Below, piece by piece: positions 28,813 to 37,708 of a stretch of DNA of 64,000 bases. The position numbers and the translations under genes are program-made. The notes under the pieces are model-generated. The model had not been told where the DNA came from and ran no database searches. It saw only the letters and a program-made list of their open reading frames with translations. Source of the stretch: an uncultured Alphaproteobacteria bacterium. GTDB taxonomy: Bacteria > Pseudomonadota > Alphaproteobacteria > Rhodobacterales > Rhodobacteraceae. The DNA is taken from contig CAWFYR010000009.1 in the NCBI GenBank assembly GCA_963819995.1, forward strand, positions 46,600 to 110,599. Direction: 5' to 3'. Positions within the stretch are counted from its first letter, which is position 1; each line of letters begins with the position of its first letter.

Positions 28813-30288
28813 ATGGCCGTTGCGCTGTCGCTGAAATCCCTTCCCGAGCTGCCCCCCCGCGTCGGCCGCCCGAAGTACGCCCGCTCCGAGCTCAGCGCCG
28901 GCATCGTGCATTTCGGCATCGGCAACTTCCACCGCGCGCACCTGCAGGTCTACCTCGACCGGCTGATGAACGCCGGGCGCGACCGCGACTGGGCGATCGT
29001 CGGCGCCGGCGTCACCCCCTACGACGTCAAGATGCGCGACGCGCTCAAGGGCCAGGACTGGCTCACCACCGTCGTCGAGCAGTCTGCCGAAACCTCCTCG
29101 GCGCACGTCACCGGCGTGATGACCGACTTCCTGCCGCCGATGGACGGCAAGGCGATCCTCGGCCAGCTGACCCGGCCCGCGACCGGCATCGTGTCGCTGA
29201 CCGTCACCGAAGGCGGCTACTTCATCAACCCCTCGACCGGGGCCTTCGACCCGACAATCCCCGCCATCGCCGCCGACGTGGCGCACCCTGGTGCGCCCAA
29301 GACCGTCTTCGGCCTGATCCTCGCCGGGCTCCGCGCCCGCCGCGCCGCCGGCCTGCAGCCCTTCACCGTGCTCTCCTGCGACAACGTCCCGCACAACGGC
29401 GTCGTGGTCAGGAACGCCGTCGCGGGCCTCGCCGAGGCGCAGGACCCCAGGTTCGCCGCCTGGGTCCGCGACAACGTCGCCTTCCCCAACGGCATGGTCG
29501 ACCGCATCGCACCCGCCACCTCCGACCGCGAGCGCGCGATCTGCCGCGACGAGTTCGGCATCGAAGACGCCTGGCCGGTGTTCTGCGAGGACTTCATCCA
29601 GTGGGTGGTCGAGGACACCTTCCCGGCCGGCCGCCCCGCCTTCGAGGAGGTCGGCGTCCAGTTCGTGCCCGACGTCACCCCGTTCGAACACATGAAGATC
29701 CGCATCCTGAACGGCGGCCATGCCATCATCGCCTACCCCTCCGGCCTCATGGACATCCACTTCGTCCACGAAGGCATGGCCAACCCGCTGGTGCGCGGCT
29801 TCCTGACCAAGGTCGAGACCGAGGAGATCCTGCCGATCCTTCCGCCGGTCCCCGGCACCGACCTCGACGACTACTTCGCGCTGATCGTGCGGCGCTGCGA
29901 CAACCCCAAGATCGGCGACACCATCCGCCGGCTCTGCCTCGACGGCTCGAACCGCCAGCCGAAGTTCATCATCCCCTCGGTCGCCGACCGCCTCGAGCGC
30001 GGCCTGCCGGTCACCGGCCTCGCGCTGGCGAGCGCGCTCTGGTGCCGCTACTGCGCCGGCACCACCGACAGCGGCGCCGTCATCGAGCCGAACGACCCCA
30101 GCTGGGACCGCCTCCAGGCCCAGGCGCTCGCCGCGAAGTCCGACCCGATGGCCTGGCTCGGCATGAAGGACATCTACGGCGCCACCGCGGATGCGCCGGA
30201 ATTCCGCGAGGCCTTCGCCGCCCAGCTCCGCGCGCTCTGGTCCGACGGCACCGCCGCCACGCTCACCCGCTACCTCGCGCCTTCGTGA
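28813..30288 (+). CDS. mtlK: Mannitol 2-dehydrogenase (long-chain mannitol dehydrogenase family)
   Basis: 491 aa with the N-terminal Rossmann motif GIVHFGIGNFHRAHL and FTVLSCDNVPHNG. Confidence 0.8.
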   Translation: MAVALSLKSLPELPPRVGRPKYARSELSAGIVHFGIGNFHRAHLQVYLDRLMNAGRDRDWAIVGAGVTPYDVKMRDALKGQDWLTTVVEQSAETSSAHVTGVMTDFLPPMDGKAILGQLTRPATGIVSLTVTEGGYFINPSTGAFDPTIPAIAADVAHPGAPKTVFGLILAGLRARRAAGLQPFTVLSCDNVPHNGVVVRNAVAGLAEAQDPRFAAWVRDNVAFPNGMVDRIAPATSDRERAICRDEFGIEDAWPVFCEDFIQWVVEDTFPAGRPAFEEVGVQFVPDVTPFEHMKIRILNGGHAIIAYPSGLMDIHFVHEGMANPLVRGFLTKVETEEILPILPPVPGTDLDDYFALIVRRCDNPKIGDTIRRLCLDGSNRQPKFIIPSVADRLERGLPVTGLALASALWCRYCAGTTDSGAVIEPNDPSWDRLQAQALAAKSDPMAWLGMKDIYGATADAPEFREAFAAQLRALWSDGTAATLTRYLAPS

Positions 30289-30956
30289 GCGGCCCGCCCG
30301 CCCTCGTCATCTTCGACTGCGACGGCGTTCTCGTCGACAGCGAGCCGATCTCGATGCGCCTGCTGCTGGAGACGCTCGGCGAGGCCGGCCTCACGCTCGA
30401 CGCCGACGAGGCCCACGCGCGCTTTCTCGGCCGCTCGCTCGCCTCGACCCGCGAGATCCTCGCCCGCGACTTCGGCGTCGTGCTGTCCGATGAGGCGCTC
30501 GCCGCCATGCGCCACCGCCTCTACGCCGCGTTCCGCGCCGAGCTGCAGCCGATCCCCTACATCGCCGAAACCCTCGACCGGCTGCCCTGCGTCTTCTGCG
30601 TCGCCTCCTCGTCGCAGCCCGAGCGCATCGAGCTGTCGCTGAGCGCCACCGGCCTGTGGCCGCGGTTCGCCGGCCGCGCCTTCTCCGCGACGATGGTGAG
30701 GCACGGCAAGCCCGCGCCCGACCTCTTCCTGTACGCCGCCGAAACCCTCGGCTATGCTCCCTCCGCCTGCCTGGTCGTCGAGGACAGCCCGGCCGGCATC
30801 ACCGCGGCACAAGCCGCAGGCATGCGGGTGGTGGCCTTCACCGGGGGAAGCCATGCAACGACCGACCGACACCGCGACGCCATCGCCGCGCTGGCGCCCG
30901 ACGCCCTCATCGACGACATGCGCGCCTTGGTGAGCCTGTGCGCGAGCGCCGCCTGA
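30285..30956 (+). CDS. HAD-superfamily phosphatase (beta-phosphoglucomutase-like subfamily IA)
   Basis: GTG at 30285 overlapping the mtlK TGA. HAD motifs are present: motif I (VIFDCDGVLVDSE), motif III (KPAPDLF) and motif IV (VVEDSPAGITAAQAAG). Confidence 0.75.
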   Translation: MSGPPALVIFDCDGVLVDSEPISMRLLLETLGEAGLTLDADEAHARFLGRSLASTREILARDFGVVLSDEALAAMRHRLYAAFRAELQPIPYIAETLDRLPCVFCVASSSQPERIELSLSATGLWPRFAGRAFSATMVRHGKPAPDLFLYAAETLGYAPSACLVVEDSPAGITAAQAAGMRVVAFTGGSHATTDRHRDAIAALAPDALIDDMRALVSLCASAA

Positions 30957-30985
30957 CCCTGCGCGCCACGTCCGCCAATCGCTGA

Positions 30986-32623
30986 ATGCCCGCGCCGCTC
31001 GTCGCCGCCATCGACATCGGCACCGGCAGCGCGCGCGCCGGCGTCTTCGACGCGCGGGGGCGCCTCCTCGCCCGCGCCGAGCGGCCGATCGAGACCCACA
31101 ATCCGCAGCAGAACCACGCCGAACAGGACTCGCGCCAGATCTGGGCGGCCGCCTGCGCCGCGCTCCGCGCCGCCCGGACCGAGGCCGCCGCCCGTCCCGA
31201 GCACGTCGCCGGCCTCGCCTTCGACGCCACCTGCAGCCTCGTCCTGCGCGATGCGGACGGAGGCCCGCTCGCCGTCTCGGGTTCCGCCGGGGACCGCTGG
31301 GACACCATCCTCTGGCTCGACCACCGCGCTACCGCCGAGGCCGTGGCCTGCACCGCCACCGGCCACCGCGTCCTCGACTACTCAGGCGGCGCGATGTCGC
31401 CCGAGATGGAAATCCCCAAGCTCATGTGGCTCAAGCGCCACCGGCCCGCCACCTGGGCGCGCACCGCGCGCGCCCTCGATCTCGCCGACTTCCTGAGCTG
31501 GACCGCCACCGGCAACCCCGCTCGATCGCAATGCACCCTCGCCTGCAAGTGGAGCTACCTCGCCCACGAGACCCCGGGCTGGCAGGCCGACTTCCTCGAG
31601 CAGGTCGGCCTCGCCGACCTCGTCGCCCGCGCCGGCCTGCCCACCGCCGCCAGCCCGATCGGCACCGACCTCGGCCCGCTGACGCCGCAGGCCGCGCGCG
31701 ACCTCGGCCTCACGCCCGCCACCCGCGTCGCCGCCGGCCTGATCGACGCCCACGCCGGCGCGCTGGGCGTCCTCGGCCACCTCTCGGGCTCGCCGGAGGT
31801 CGAGCGCCACCTGGCGCTGATCGCCGGCACCTCGTCCTGCATCATGGCGTTCTCCCGCGCCCCGCGCTTCGTCCCCGCGATCTGGGGCCCCTACCTCGGC
31901 GCCGCCTTGCCCGGGCTCTGGATGAGCGAAGGCGGCCAGTCGGCCAGCGGCGCGCTGCTCGACCACTTGCTGCGCCTGCACGGGCACGAGCCCGCCGCCG
32001 CCGTCCACGCCCGCGTCATCGCCCGCATCGCCGAGCTCCGCGCCGCCGACCCCGACCTCGCGCCCCGCCTGCATGTCCTCCCCGATTTCCACGGCAACCG
32101 CTCGCCTCTGGCCGACCCGCATGCGCTCGGCGTCGTCTCCGGCCTGCCGCTCGACGCTTCCTTCGACGCCCTCTGCCGCCTCTACTGGCGCACCTGCGTC
32201 GGCATAGCACTCGGCCTGCGCGCCATCCTCGAGCACATGGGCAGGCACGGCACCGTCGTCGAGACGCTGCACATCACCGGCGGCCACACCCGCAACCCGC
32301 TCCTGATGGAGCTCTACGCCGACGCGACCCGCTGCCGCACCGTCGAGCCCGCCGCACCCGACGCGGTGCTTCTCGGCACCGCCATGGTCGCAGCCGCCGG
32401 CGCGGGCCTGCACCCTTCGCTCGCCGCCGCCGGCGAAGCGATGCACCAAGGCGGGACCGAGCGGGAGCCCGAGCCCGGCAGCGCCGGATGCCACGAGCGG
32501 GACTGGCAGGCGTTTCTCGCGATGCAGCGGCATCGAGCGGAGCTGGACGCATTGACCGGCCAGGCCGAGCCCCGCACCGAGCCCGTCGAGCGACGGCTCC
32601 GGACCGGAGCCGCCAACGCCTGA
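30986..32623 (+). CDS. FGGY-family pentulose (ribulo-/xylulo-)kinase
   Basis: 545 aa with AAIDIGTGSARAGVFD, EIPKLMWLKRH and HITGGHTRNPLLMELYADA. Confidence 0.8.
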   Translation: MPAPLVAAIDIGTGSARAGVFDARGRLLARAERPIETHNPQQNHAEQDSRQIWAAACAALRAARTEAAARPEHVAGLAFDATCSLVLRDADGGPLAVSGSAGDRWDTILWLDHRATAEAVACTATGHRVLDYSGGAMSPEMEIPKLMWLKRHRPATWARTARALDLADFLSWTATGNPARSQCTLACKWSYLAHETPGWQADFLEQVGLADLVARAGLPTAASPIGTDLGPLTPQAARDLGLTPATRVAAGLIDAHAGALGVLGHLSGSPEVERHLALIAGTSSCIMAFSRAPRFVPAIWGPYLGAALPGLWMSEGGQSASGALLDHLLRLHGHEPAAAVHARVIARIAELRAADPDLAPRLHVLPDFHGNRSPLADPHALGVVSGLPLDASFDALCRLYWRTCVGIALGLRAILEHMGRHGTVVETLHITGGHTRNPLLMELYADATRCRTVEPAAPDAVLLGTAMVAAAGAGLHPSLAAAGEAMHQGGTEREPEPGSAGCHERDWQAFLAMQRHRAELDALTGQAEPRTEPVERRLRTGAANA

Positions 32624-32825
32624 AGAGGCGCAGGACGCGGCGGTCCAGCCCTGCGGAACGACATGGCGCTCACATAACGATTTTGACCGTCGGCAAAAAC
32701 GTGACGCGACTGCCCTGCCGGGGCAGGCGCGTTTTCAACGCGCCAGCCGGGCAGCCGCGTCCCGATTGCGCGCGTTGGCGCCGGCTGCACCCCCCTCGCC
32801 CTCCGCGCTCACGCGCTCCGGGCGA

Positions 32826-32863
32826 CCGAACCGGGCAACGCATGCGTTGCCGTTCCGGTTCGG
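32826..32863. terminator. Long hairpin between convergent genes
   Basis: CCGAACCGGGCAACGCA/TGCGTTGCC(gttc)CGGTTCGG, a 17-bp stem with a 4-nt bulge centred on the 18-bp perfect palindrome GGCAACGCATGCGTTGCC. No U-tract. Confidence 0.4.
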
Positions 32864-32904
32864 CGGCGGCTTAAATGGCCGAGCTCATCGCCGTGACTGC
32901 CGCA

Positions 32905-33426
32905 TCAATGAATCCGCGCTTCGGTTCGCGCCAGCAGCCACATCTGCCCCGGCCCATCGCTGCGCTCGGAGAGCTTCGGCATGAACGCCTCGCCACCCGC
33001 TGCGAGATTGAGGCTCCAGCCGGGTCCGCGCGCCCGCGTCGTCAGCCGCACGAAGCCAGCCCGCACGAAAGGCGCGAGCGCGGCCGGCACCACGGCGAAC
33101 GAGTCCTGCCCTGCGAGCGGCTCGACGGTCCAGACCTTGTCGGGCGAGACGCCCCGGCTCAGCCGCACCGAGCCCTCCCCGGCCTCATCCACGACGCCGG
33201 CGCACAGGGCGGGCCCGCGAAGCAGCGTGCTGAGGGCGAACCCGCCGTCTCCGGTCGGGATGAAGCGCCAGAGCTGGCCGGTGTAGCCGCCGATCCGCGC
33301 CATGAAGGCGACGTTGTCCCTCTCGCCGCCATTGAAGACGTCGGCGGCAAAGCCGAGGCCGACCAGATTCGGCACGAGAAGCTTGTAGTAGAATCCCGGA
33401 TCGAGAGAATGCACGTGCGCCTCCAT
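32905..33426 (-). CDS. Hypothetical protein with a ricin-type beta-trefoil-like three-fold repeat, no signal peptide
   Basis: 173 aa from the ATG at 33426; the ORF is open to a TTG at 33522. Three about 50-aa repeats each end in a QxW-like motif (QLW, KVW, QMW). Coding status and start are uncertain. Confidence 0.45.
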   Translation of the reverse strand: MEAHVHSLDPGFYYKLLVPNLVGLGFAADVFNGGERDNVAFMARIGGYTGQLWRFIPTGDGGFALSTLLRGPALCAGVVDEAGEGSVRLSRGVSPDKVWTVEPLAGQDSFAVVPAALAPFVRAGFVRLTTRARGPGWSLNLAAGGEAFMPKLSERSDGPGQMWLLARTEARIH

Positions 33427-33514
33427 CAAACGGAACGCGGTCGGCAGGCTTGAAATATAACGCCCGTATGGGGCAACAGTCCAATCGGGTGAAATACATA
33501 CGCCGCCGCGAGAA

Positions 33515-33970
33515 ATGATCAAGCGATTCGAATCACCTCCGGCGCTGATCCTCGAGTCGGCGCTCTACGCCGCGGACCTCGACGCCGCCGAGGCGTTCTA
33601 CGCCGGCGTGCTCGGCCTCGAGCGCGCCACCCGGTCCGGCGACCGTCACGTCTTCTTCCGCCTCGATGGCGCGATGCTGCTGATCTTCAATCCGGCCGAG
33701 ACCGAGCACCCGCCGTCCGACCCCGCCTTGCCGGTGCCGCCGCACGGCGCGCGCGGCCCCGGCCACATCGCCTTCGCCGCCACCGCGGCCGACCTCGACC
33801 GCTGGCGCGACCGGCTGACCGCGGCGCAGATTCCCATCGAAGCCGACTTCCGCTGGCCGAACGGCGCCCGCTCGATCTACGTCCGCGACCCCGCCGGCAA
33901 CTCCGTCGAGTTCGCCGAACCCGCTCTGTGGGGCTTCGCTCCGGACCGGCCATCCGTCAACGAGGCATGA
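33515..33970 (+). CDS. VOC (glyoxalase/bleomycin-resistance/dioxygenase) family protein
   Basis: 151 aa with AEAFYAGVLGLE...HIAFAA...IYVRDPAGNSVEF. Confidence 0.7.
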   Translation: MIKRFESPPALILESALYAADLDAAEAFYAGVLGLERATRSGDRHVFFRLDGAMLLIFNPAETEHPPSDPALPVPPHGARGPGHIAFAATAADLDRWRDRLTAAQIPIEADFRWPNGARSIYVRDPAGNSVEFAEPALWGFAPDRPSVNEA

Positions 33971-34032
33971 AAAATCTGGCTTTGTTTCAATGACTTCGAT
34001 ACGCCTTGCTTCCACAGCGGAAGCCACAAATC

Positions 34033-34941
34033 TCACGCCAAAACCGAGCCCGCCGGCACCGGCATTCCCCGCAGGAAAGCGTCCGCCTCGACCGGTCCGC
34101 GCCCGGCCCGCTGCACCGTCAGGAGCCGCACCGCCCCCTCGCCGCACGCCACCGCCAGCCGCGCGTCGAGCACCGTCCCCGGCGGCCCGGCGCCTTCGGC
34201 CGGCGCGCTCAGGAGCAGCTTCACCCGCTCGCCGCCGATCTCCGCCCAGGCGCCCGGCGCCGGCGCCAGCCCGCGGATCAGCCGGTCGACCTCGACCGCC
34301 GGCCGCCGCCAGTCCACCCGCGCCTCGGCCTTGTCGATCTTCGCGGCGTAGGTGACCCCGTCCTCCGGCTGCGGCACCGGCACCAGCCCGTCGAGCCCCG
34401 CCAGCGCCTCGACGATCAGCCGCGCCCCGAGCGCGCCGAGCCGGTCGTGGAGCGTCCCCGCGGTGTCGCGCGGCCCGATCGGCAGCGCTTCGCGCAGCAG
34501 CACCGGCCCGGTGTCGAGCCCCGCCTCCATCGCCATGATCGAGATGCCGGTCTCCGCGTCCCCGGCCATGATCGCCCGCTGGATCGGCGCCGCCCCCCGC
34601 CAGCGCGGCAGCAGCGAGGCGTGGATGTTGAGGCACCCCCGTGCCGGCGCTGCCAGCACCGCCCGCGGCAGGATCAGCCCGTAGGCCGCCACCACCGCCA
34701 CTTCGGCACCGAGCGCCGCGAATGCCGCCCGCTCCCCCTCCTCGCGAAAGTTCACCGGGCTCCGCACCGGCAGTCCCAGCGCCTCGGCGCGCCGCTGCAC
34801 CGGGCTCTCTCGGTCGCGCTGCCCGCGCCCGCCCGGCCGCGGCGGCTGGGTGTAGACGCAGGCAACCGCGTGTCCCGCGGCGACCAGCGCCTCGAGCGCC
34901 GGCACCGCGAACGCCGGCGTCCCCATGAAGATCAGCCGCAT
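34033..34941 (-). CDS. fmt: Methionyl-tRNA formyltransferase
   Basis: [39 protein letters not shown]. Lies downstream of def. Confidence 0.9.
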   Translation of the reverse strand: MRLIFMGTPAFAVPALEALVAAGHAVACVYTQPPRPGGRGQRDRESPVQRRAEALGLPVRSPVNFREEGERAAFAALGAEVAVVAAYGLILPRAVLAAPARGCLNIHASLLPRWRGAAPIQRAIMAGDAETGISIMAMEAGLDTGPVLLREALPIGPRDTAGTLHDRLGALGARLIVEALAGLDGLVPVPQPEDGVTYAAKIDKAEARVDWRRPAVEVDRLIRGLAPAPGAWAEIGGERVKLLLSAPAEGAGPPGTVLDARLAVACGEGAVRLLTVQRAGRGPVEADAFLRGMPVPAGSVLA

Positions 34942-34966
34942 GGCAGCCCCCGGACCGGCGCGGCGC

Positions 34967-35485
34967 TCAGGCGCGCGCCTTTTCCTTCTTCAGCTTCTTC
35001 ATCCGCGAGGTGATCATCGTCCGCTTCACCATGCTCAGGTAGTCGATGAAGAGCCGTCCGTTCAGATGGTCGATCTCGTGCTGGGCACAGACCGCCCAGC
35101 GCTCGCCGAACGCCTCCTCGTGCACCAGGCCGTCGAGCCCGAGCCAGCGCACCCCGACCCGCGCCGGCCGCGTCACGTCCTCGTACTGGTCCGGAATCGA
35201 CAGGCAGCCTTCCTCGCTGGTCTCGGTGTCCTCGGAGCTCCAGGTGATCTCGGGGTTGATCAGCACCATCGGCCGGGCCGGCTCGTCCTTGCCGGCGCAG
35301 TCCATCACGAAGACCCGCTTCATCACGCCGAGCTGCGTCGCCGCCAGCCCGATCCCCGGCGCCTCGTACATCGTCGCCAGCATGTCCTCGGCCAGCGCCC
35401 GGATGCCGTCGTCGACCGCCCCGACCGGGGCGGCGACCTTGCGCAAACGCGGGTCGGGATGGATCAGGATCGGACGGAGGGCCAT
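34967..35485 (-). CDS. def: Peptide deformylase
   Basis: 172 aa from the ATG at 35485, with the three deformylase motifs [13 protein letters not shown] and HEIDH. Confidence 0.9.
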   Translation of the reverse strand: MALRPILIHPDPRLRKVAAPVGAVDDGIRALAEDMLATMYEAPGIGLAATQLGVMKRVFVMDCAGKDEPARPMVLINPEITWSSEDTETSEEGCLSIPDQYEDVTRPARVGVRWLGLDGLVHEEAFGERWAVCAQHEIDHLNGRLFIDYLSMVKRTMITSRMKKLKKEKARA

Positions 35486-35579
35486 CGCCGCGAGATAGGC
35501 GATGCGCCACGCCTTGACAAGCCGGGCGCAGCCGGCACGCTGCCTCCCGGCCGCAGCCCCGCATCGCCCGAGGAACCCC

Positions 35580-36752
35580 ATGTTCGACTTCGACGAAATC
35601 ATCGACCGACGCGACACGCACTGCGCCAAGTGGGACATGATGCAGCCGCTCTTCGGCGTCGCCCCGAGCGACGGGCTCGCCATGTGGGTCGCCGACATGG
35701 ACTTCCGCCCGCCCGCCGCGGTGACCGCGGCGCTCCAGGCCGAGATCGACCACGGCGTCCACGGCTACTTCGGCGACGACCGCGCCTACCGCGCGGCGAT
35801 CACCGGCTGGATGCAGCGCCGCCACGGCTGGCAGGTCGACCCCGAGAGCATCGCGAGCACCCACGGCGTCGTCGCCGGCGTCGCCCTCTGCCTGCAGGCG
35901 TTCACCGAGCCCGGCGACGGGGTGATCCTGTTCTCGCCGGTCTACCACGCGTTCTACCGGGTGATCCGCGCCAACGGCCGCGTCGTCGTCGAATCGCCGC
36001 TCGTGCAGCGGGACGGCCGCTACGAGATGGACCTCGATGCGCTCGCGGCGTCGCTGACCGGTCGCGAGCGCATGGTGGTGCTCTGCTCGCCGCACAACCC
36101 CGGCGGCCGGGTCTGGAGCCGCGACGAGCTGGCGTCGCTCGCGACCTTCTGCGCCGCCCACGACCTCCTGCTGGTCTCCGACGAGATCCACCACGACCTC
36201 GTTCTGCCCGGCAACCGTCACGTGCCGATGCCGCTGGCGGCGCCGGACGCCCTCGACCGGCTGGTGATGCTGACCGCACCCACCAAGACCTTCAACATCG
36301 CGGGCGCCCTGACCGGCAACGTCATCATTCCCGACGCGGCGCTGCGCAAGCGCTTCGCCGCCACCCACGTCGCCGCCGGCGCCAGCCCCAACCGCTTCGG
36401 CGTGCTGATGGCGACCGCGGCCTATGCCGGCGGCGACGCCTGGGTCGACGACCTCTGCCTCTACCTGGCCGAGAACGCCCGCGCCTTCGACGCCGGCGTC
36501 AACGCCATCCCGGGCTTCCGCTCGATGCCGCTCCAGGCCACCTACCTCGCCTGGGTCGACCTCGCCGGCACCGGCATGACGCCCGAGGAGTTCACCGCCC
36601 GCGTCGAGCGCGACGCCCGCATCGCCCCGAGCCACGGCGCCACCTTCGGCACCGGCGGCGAGAGCTTCCTGCGCTTCAACATCGCCACCCCGCGCTCCCG
36701 CATCGACGAGGCCGTGCGCCGCCTCCAGTCCGCCTTCGCCGACCTCCAGTAG
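35580..36752 (+). CDS. MalY/PatB family PLP-dependent cystathionine beta-lyase / aminotransferase
   Basis: From the ATG at 35580 (MFDFDEIIDRRDTHCAKWD). PLP lysine context APTKTFNIAG, plus CSPHNPGGRVW. Confidence 0.8.
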   Translation: MFDFDEIIDRRDTHCAKWDMMQPLFGVAPSDGLAMWVADMDFRPPAAVTAALQAEIDHGVHGYFGDDRAYRAAITGWMQRRHGWQVDPESIASTHGVVAGVALCLQAFTEPGDGVILFSPVYHAFYRVIRANGRVVVESPLVQRDGRYEMDLDALAASLTGRERMVVLCSPHNPGGRVWSRDELASLATFCAAHDLLLVSDEIHHDLVLPGNRHVPMPLAAPDALDRLVMLTAPTKTFNIAGALTGNVIIPDAALRKRFAATHVAAGASPNRFGVLMATAAYAGGDAWVDDLCLYLAENARAFDAGVNAIPGFRSMPLQATYLAWVDLAGTGMTPEEFTARVERDARIAPSHGATFGTGGESFLRFNIATPRSRIDEAVRRLQSAFADLQ

Positions 36753-36806
36753 CCGGAGCCGCCTGCCCCAGCGGAACGCGCCGGCCACCGGCCGGTTCTC
36801 TCCCTC

Positions 36807-37688
36807 ATGACGGGAACGATCCGCATCGGCATCTCCGGCTGGACCTACCCGGGCTGGCGCGGCCGGTTCTACCCGGCGGGCCTCGCGCACAAGCGCGAGC
36901 TCGCCTACGCCGCCGAGCGGTTCGCCTCGATCGAGATCAACGGCACCCACTACAGCCTGCAGCGCCCCTCGAGCTTCGCCGCCTGGGCCGACCAGACCCC
37001 GCCCGGCTTCGTCTTCGCGCTCAAGGGCGGCCGCTACATCACCCACTTCCTCAAGCTCCAGAACGTCGAGACCGCGCTCGCGAACTTCTTCGCCTCGGGC
37101 CCGCTGCGGCTCGGCGGCAAGCTCGGGCCGTTCCTCTGGCAGTTCCCGCCGCGGACCCGGTTCGATCCCGACCGCCTCGACCGCTTCCTGGGCCTGCTGC
37201 CGCGCGACACCGAGGCGGCGCTCGCGCTCGCCCGCCGCCACGACGCGCGGCTCGAGGGCCGCGCCTGGCTCGCGATCGACCGCCGCCGCCCGCTGCGCCA
37301 CGCCGTCGAGATCCGCAACGACAGCTTCCGCGACCCGGCCTTCATCGCGCTCCTTCGACGCCACCGGGTCGCGCTGGTCACTGCCGATACCGTCGAGTGG
37401 CCGCTGCTGATGGACCTGACCGCCGACTTCGCCTACGTCCGCCTGCACGGCTCCGAGGAGCTCTACGCCAGCGGCTACGACGACGCGGCGCTCGACGTCT
37501 GGGCCGCCCGGGTCGCGGCCTGGGCCGCCGGCGGCGAACCCGACGACGCGGTGCGGGTGGCAGGCCCGGCGCGCCCCCGGCCGTCGGGCCGGGACGTCTA
37601 CGTCTACTTCGACAACGATGCCAAGGTCCGCGCGCCCGTTGATGCGATGGCGCTGGCCCGCCGGCTCGGGGTCTCCGCGACGGATTGA
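36807..37688 (+). CDS. DUF72 domain-containing protein
   Basis: 293 aa with IRIGISGWTYPGWRGRFYP, IEINGTHYSL, LWQFPP, YVRLHG and YVYFDND. Confidence 0.8.
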   Translation: MTGTIRIGISGWTYPGWRGRFYPAGLAHKRELAYAAERFASIEINGTHYSLQRPSSFAAWADQTPPGFVFALKGGRYITHFLKLQNVETALANFFASGPLRLGGKLGPFLWQFPPRTRFDPDRLDRFLGLLPRDTEAALALARRHDARLEGRAWLAIDRRRPLRHAVEIRNDSFRDPAFIALLRRHRVALVTADTVEWPLLMDLTADFAYVRLHGSEELYASGYDDAALDVWAARVAAWAAGGEPDDAVRVAGPARPRPSGRDVYVYFDNDAKVRAPVDAMALARRLGVSATD

Positions 37689-37708
37689 CCGGCCGCTGCC
37701 CCGCCGCC

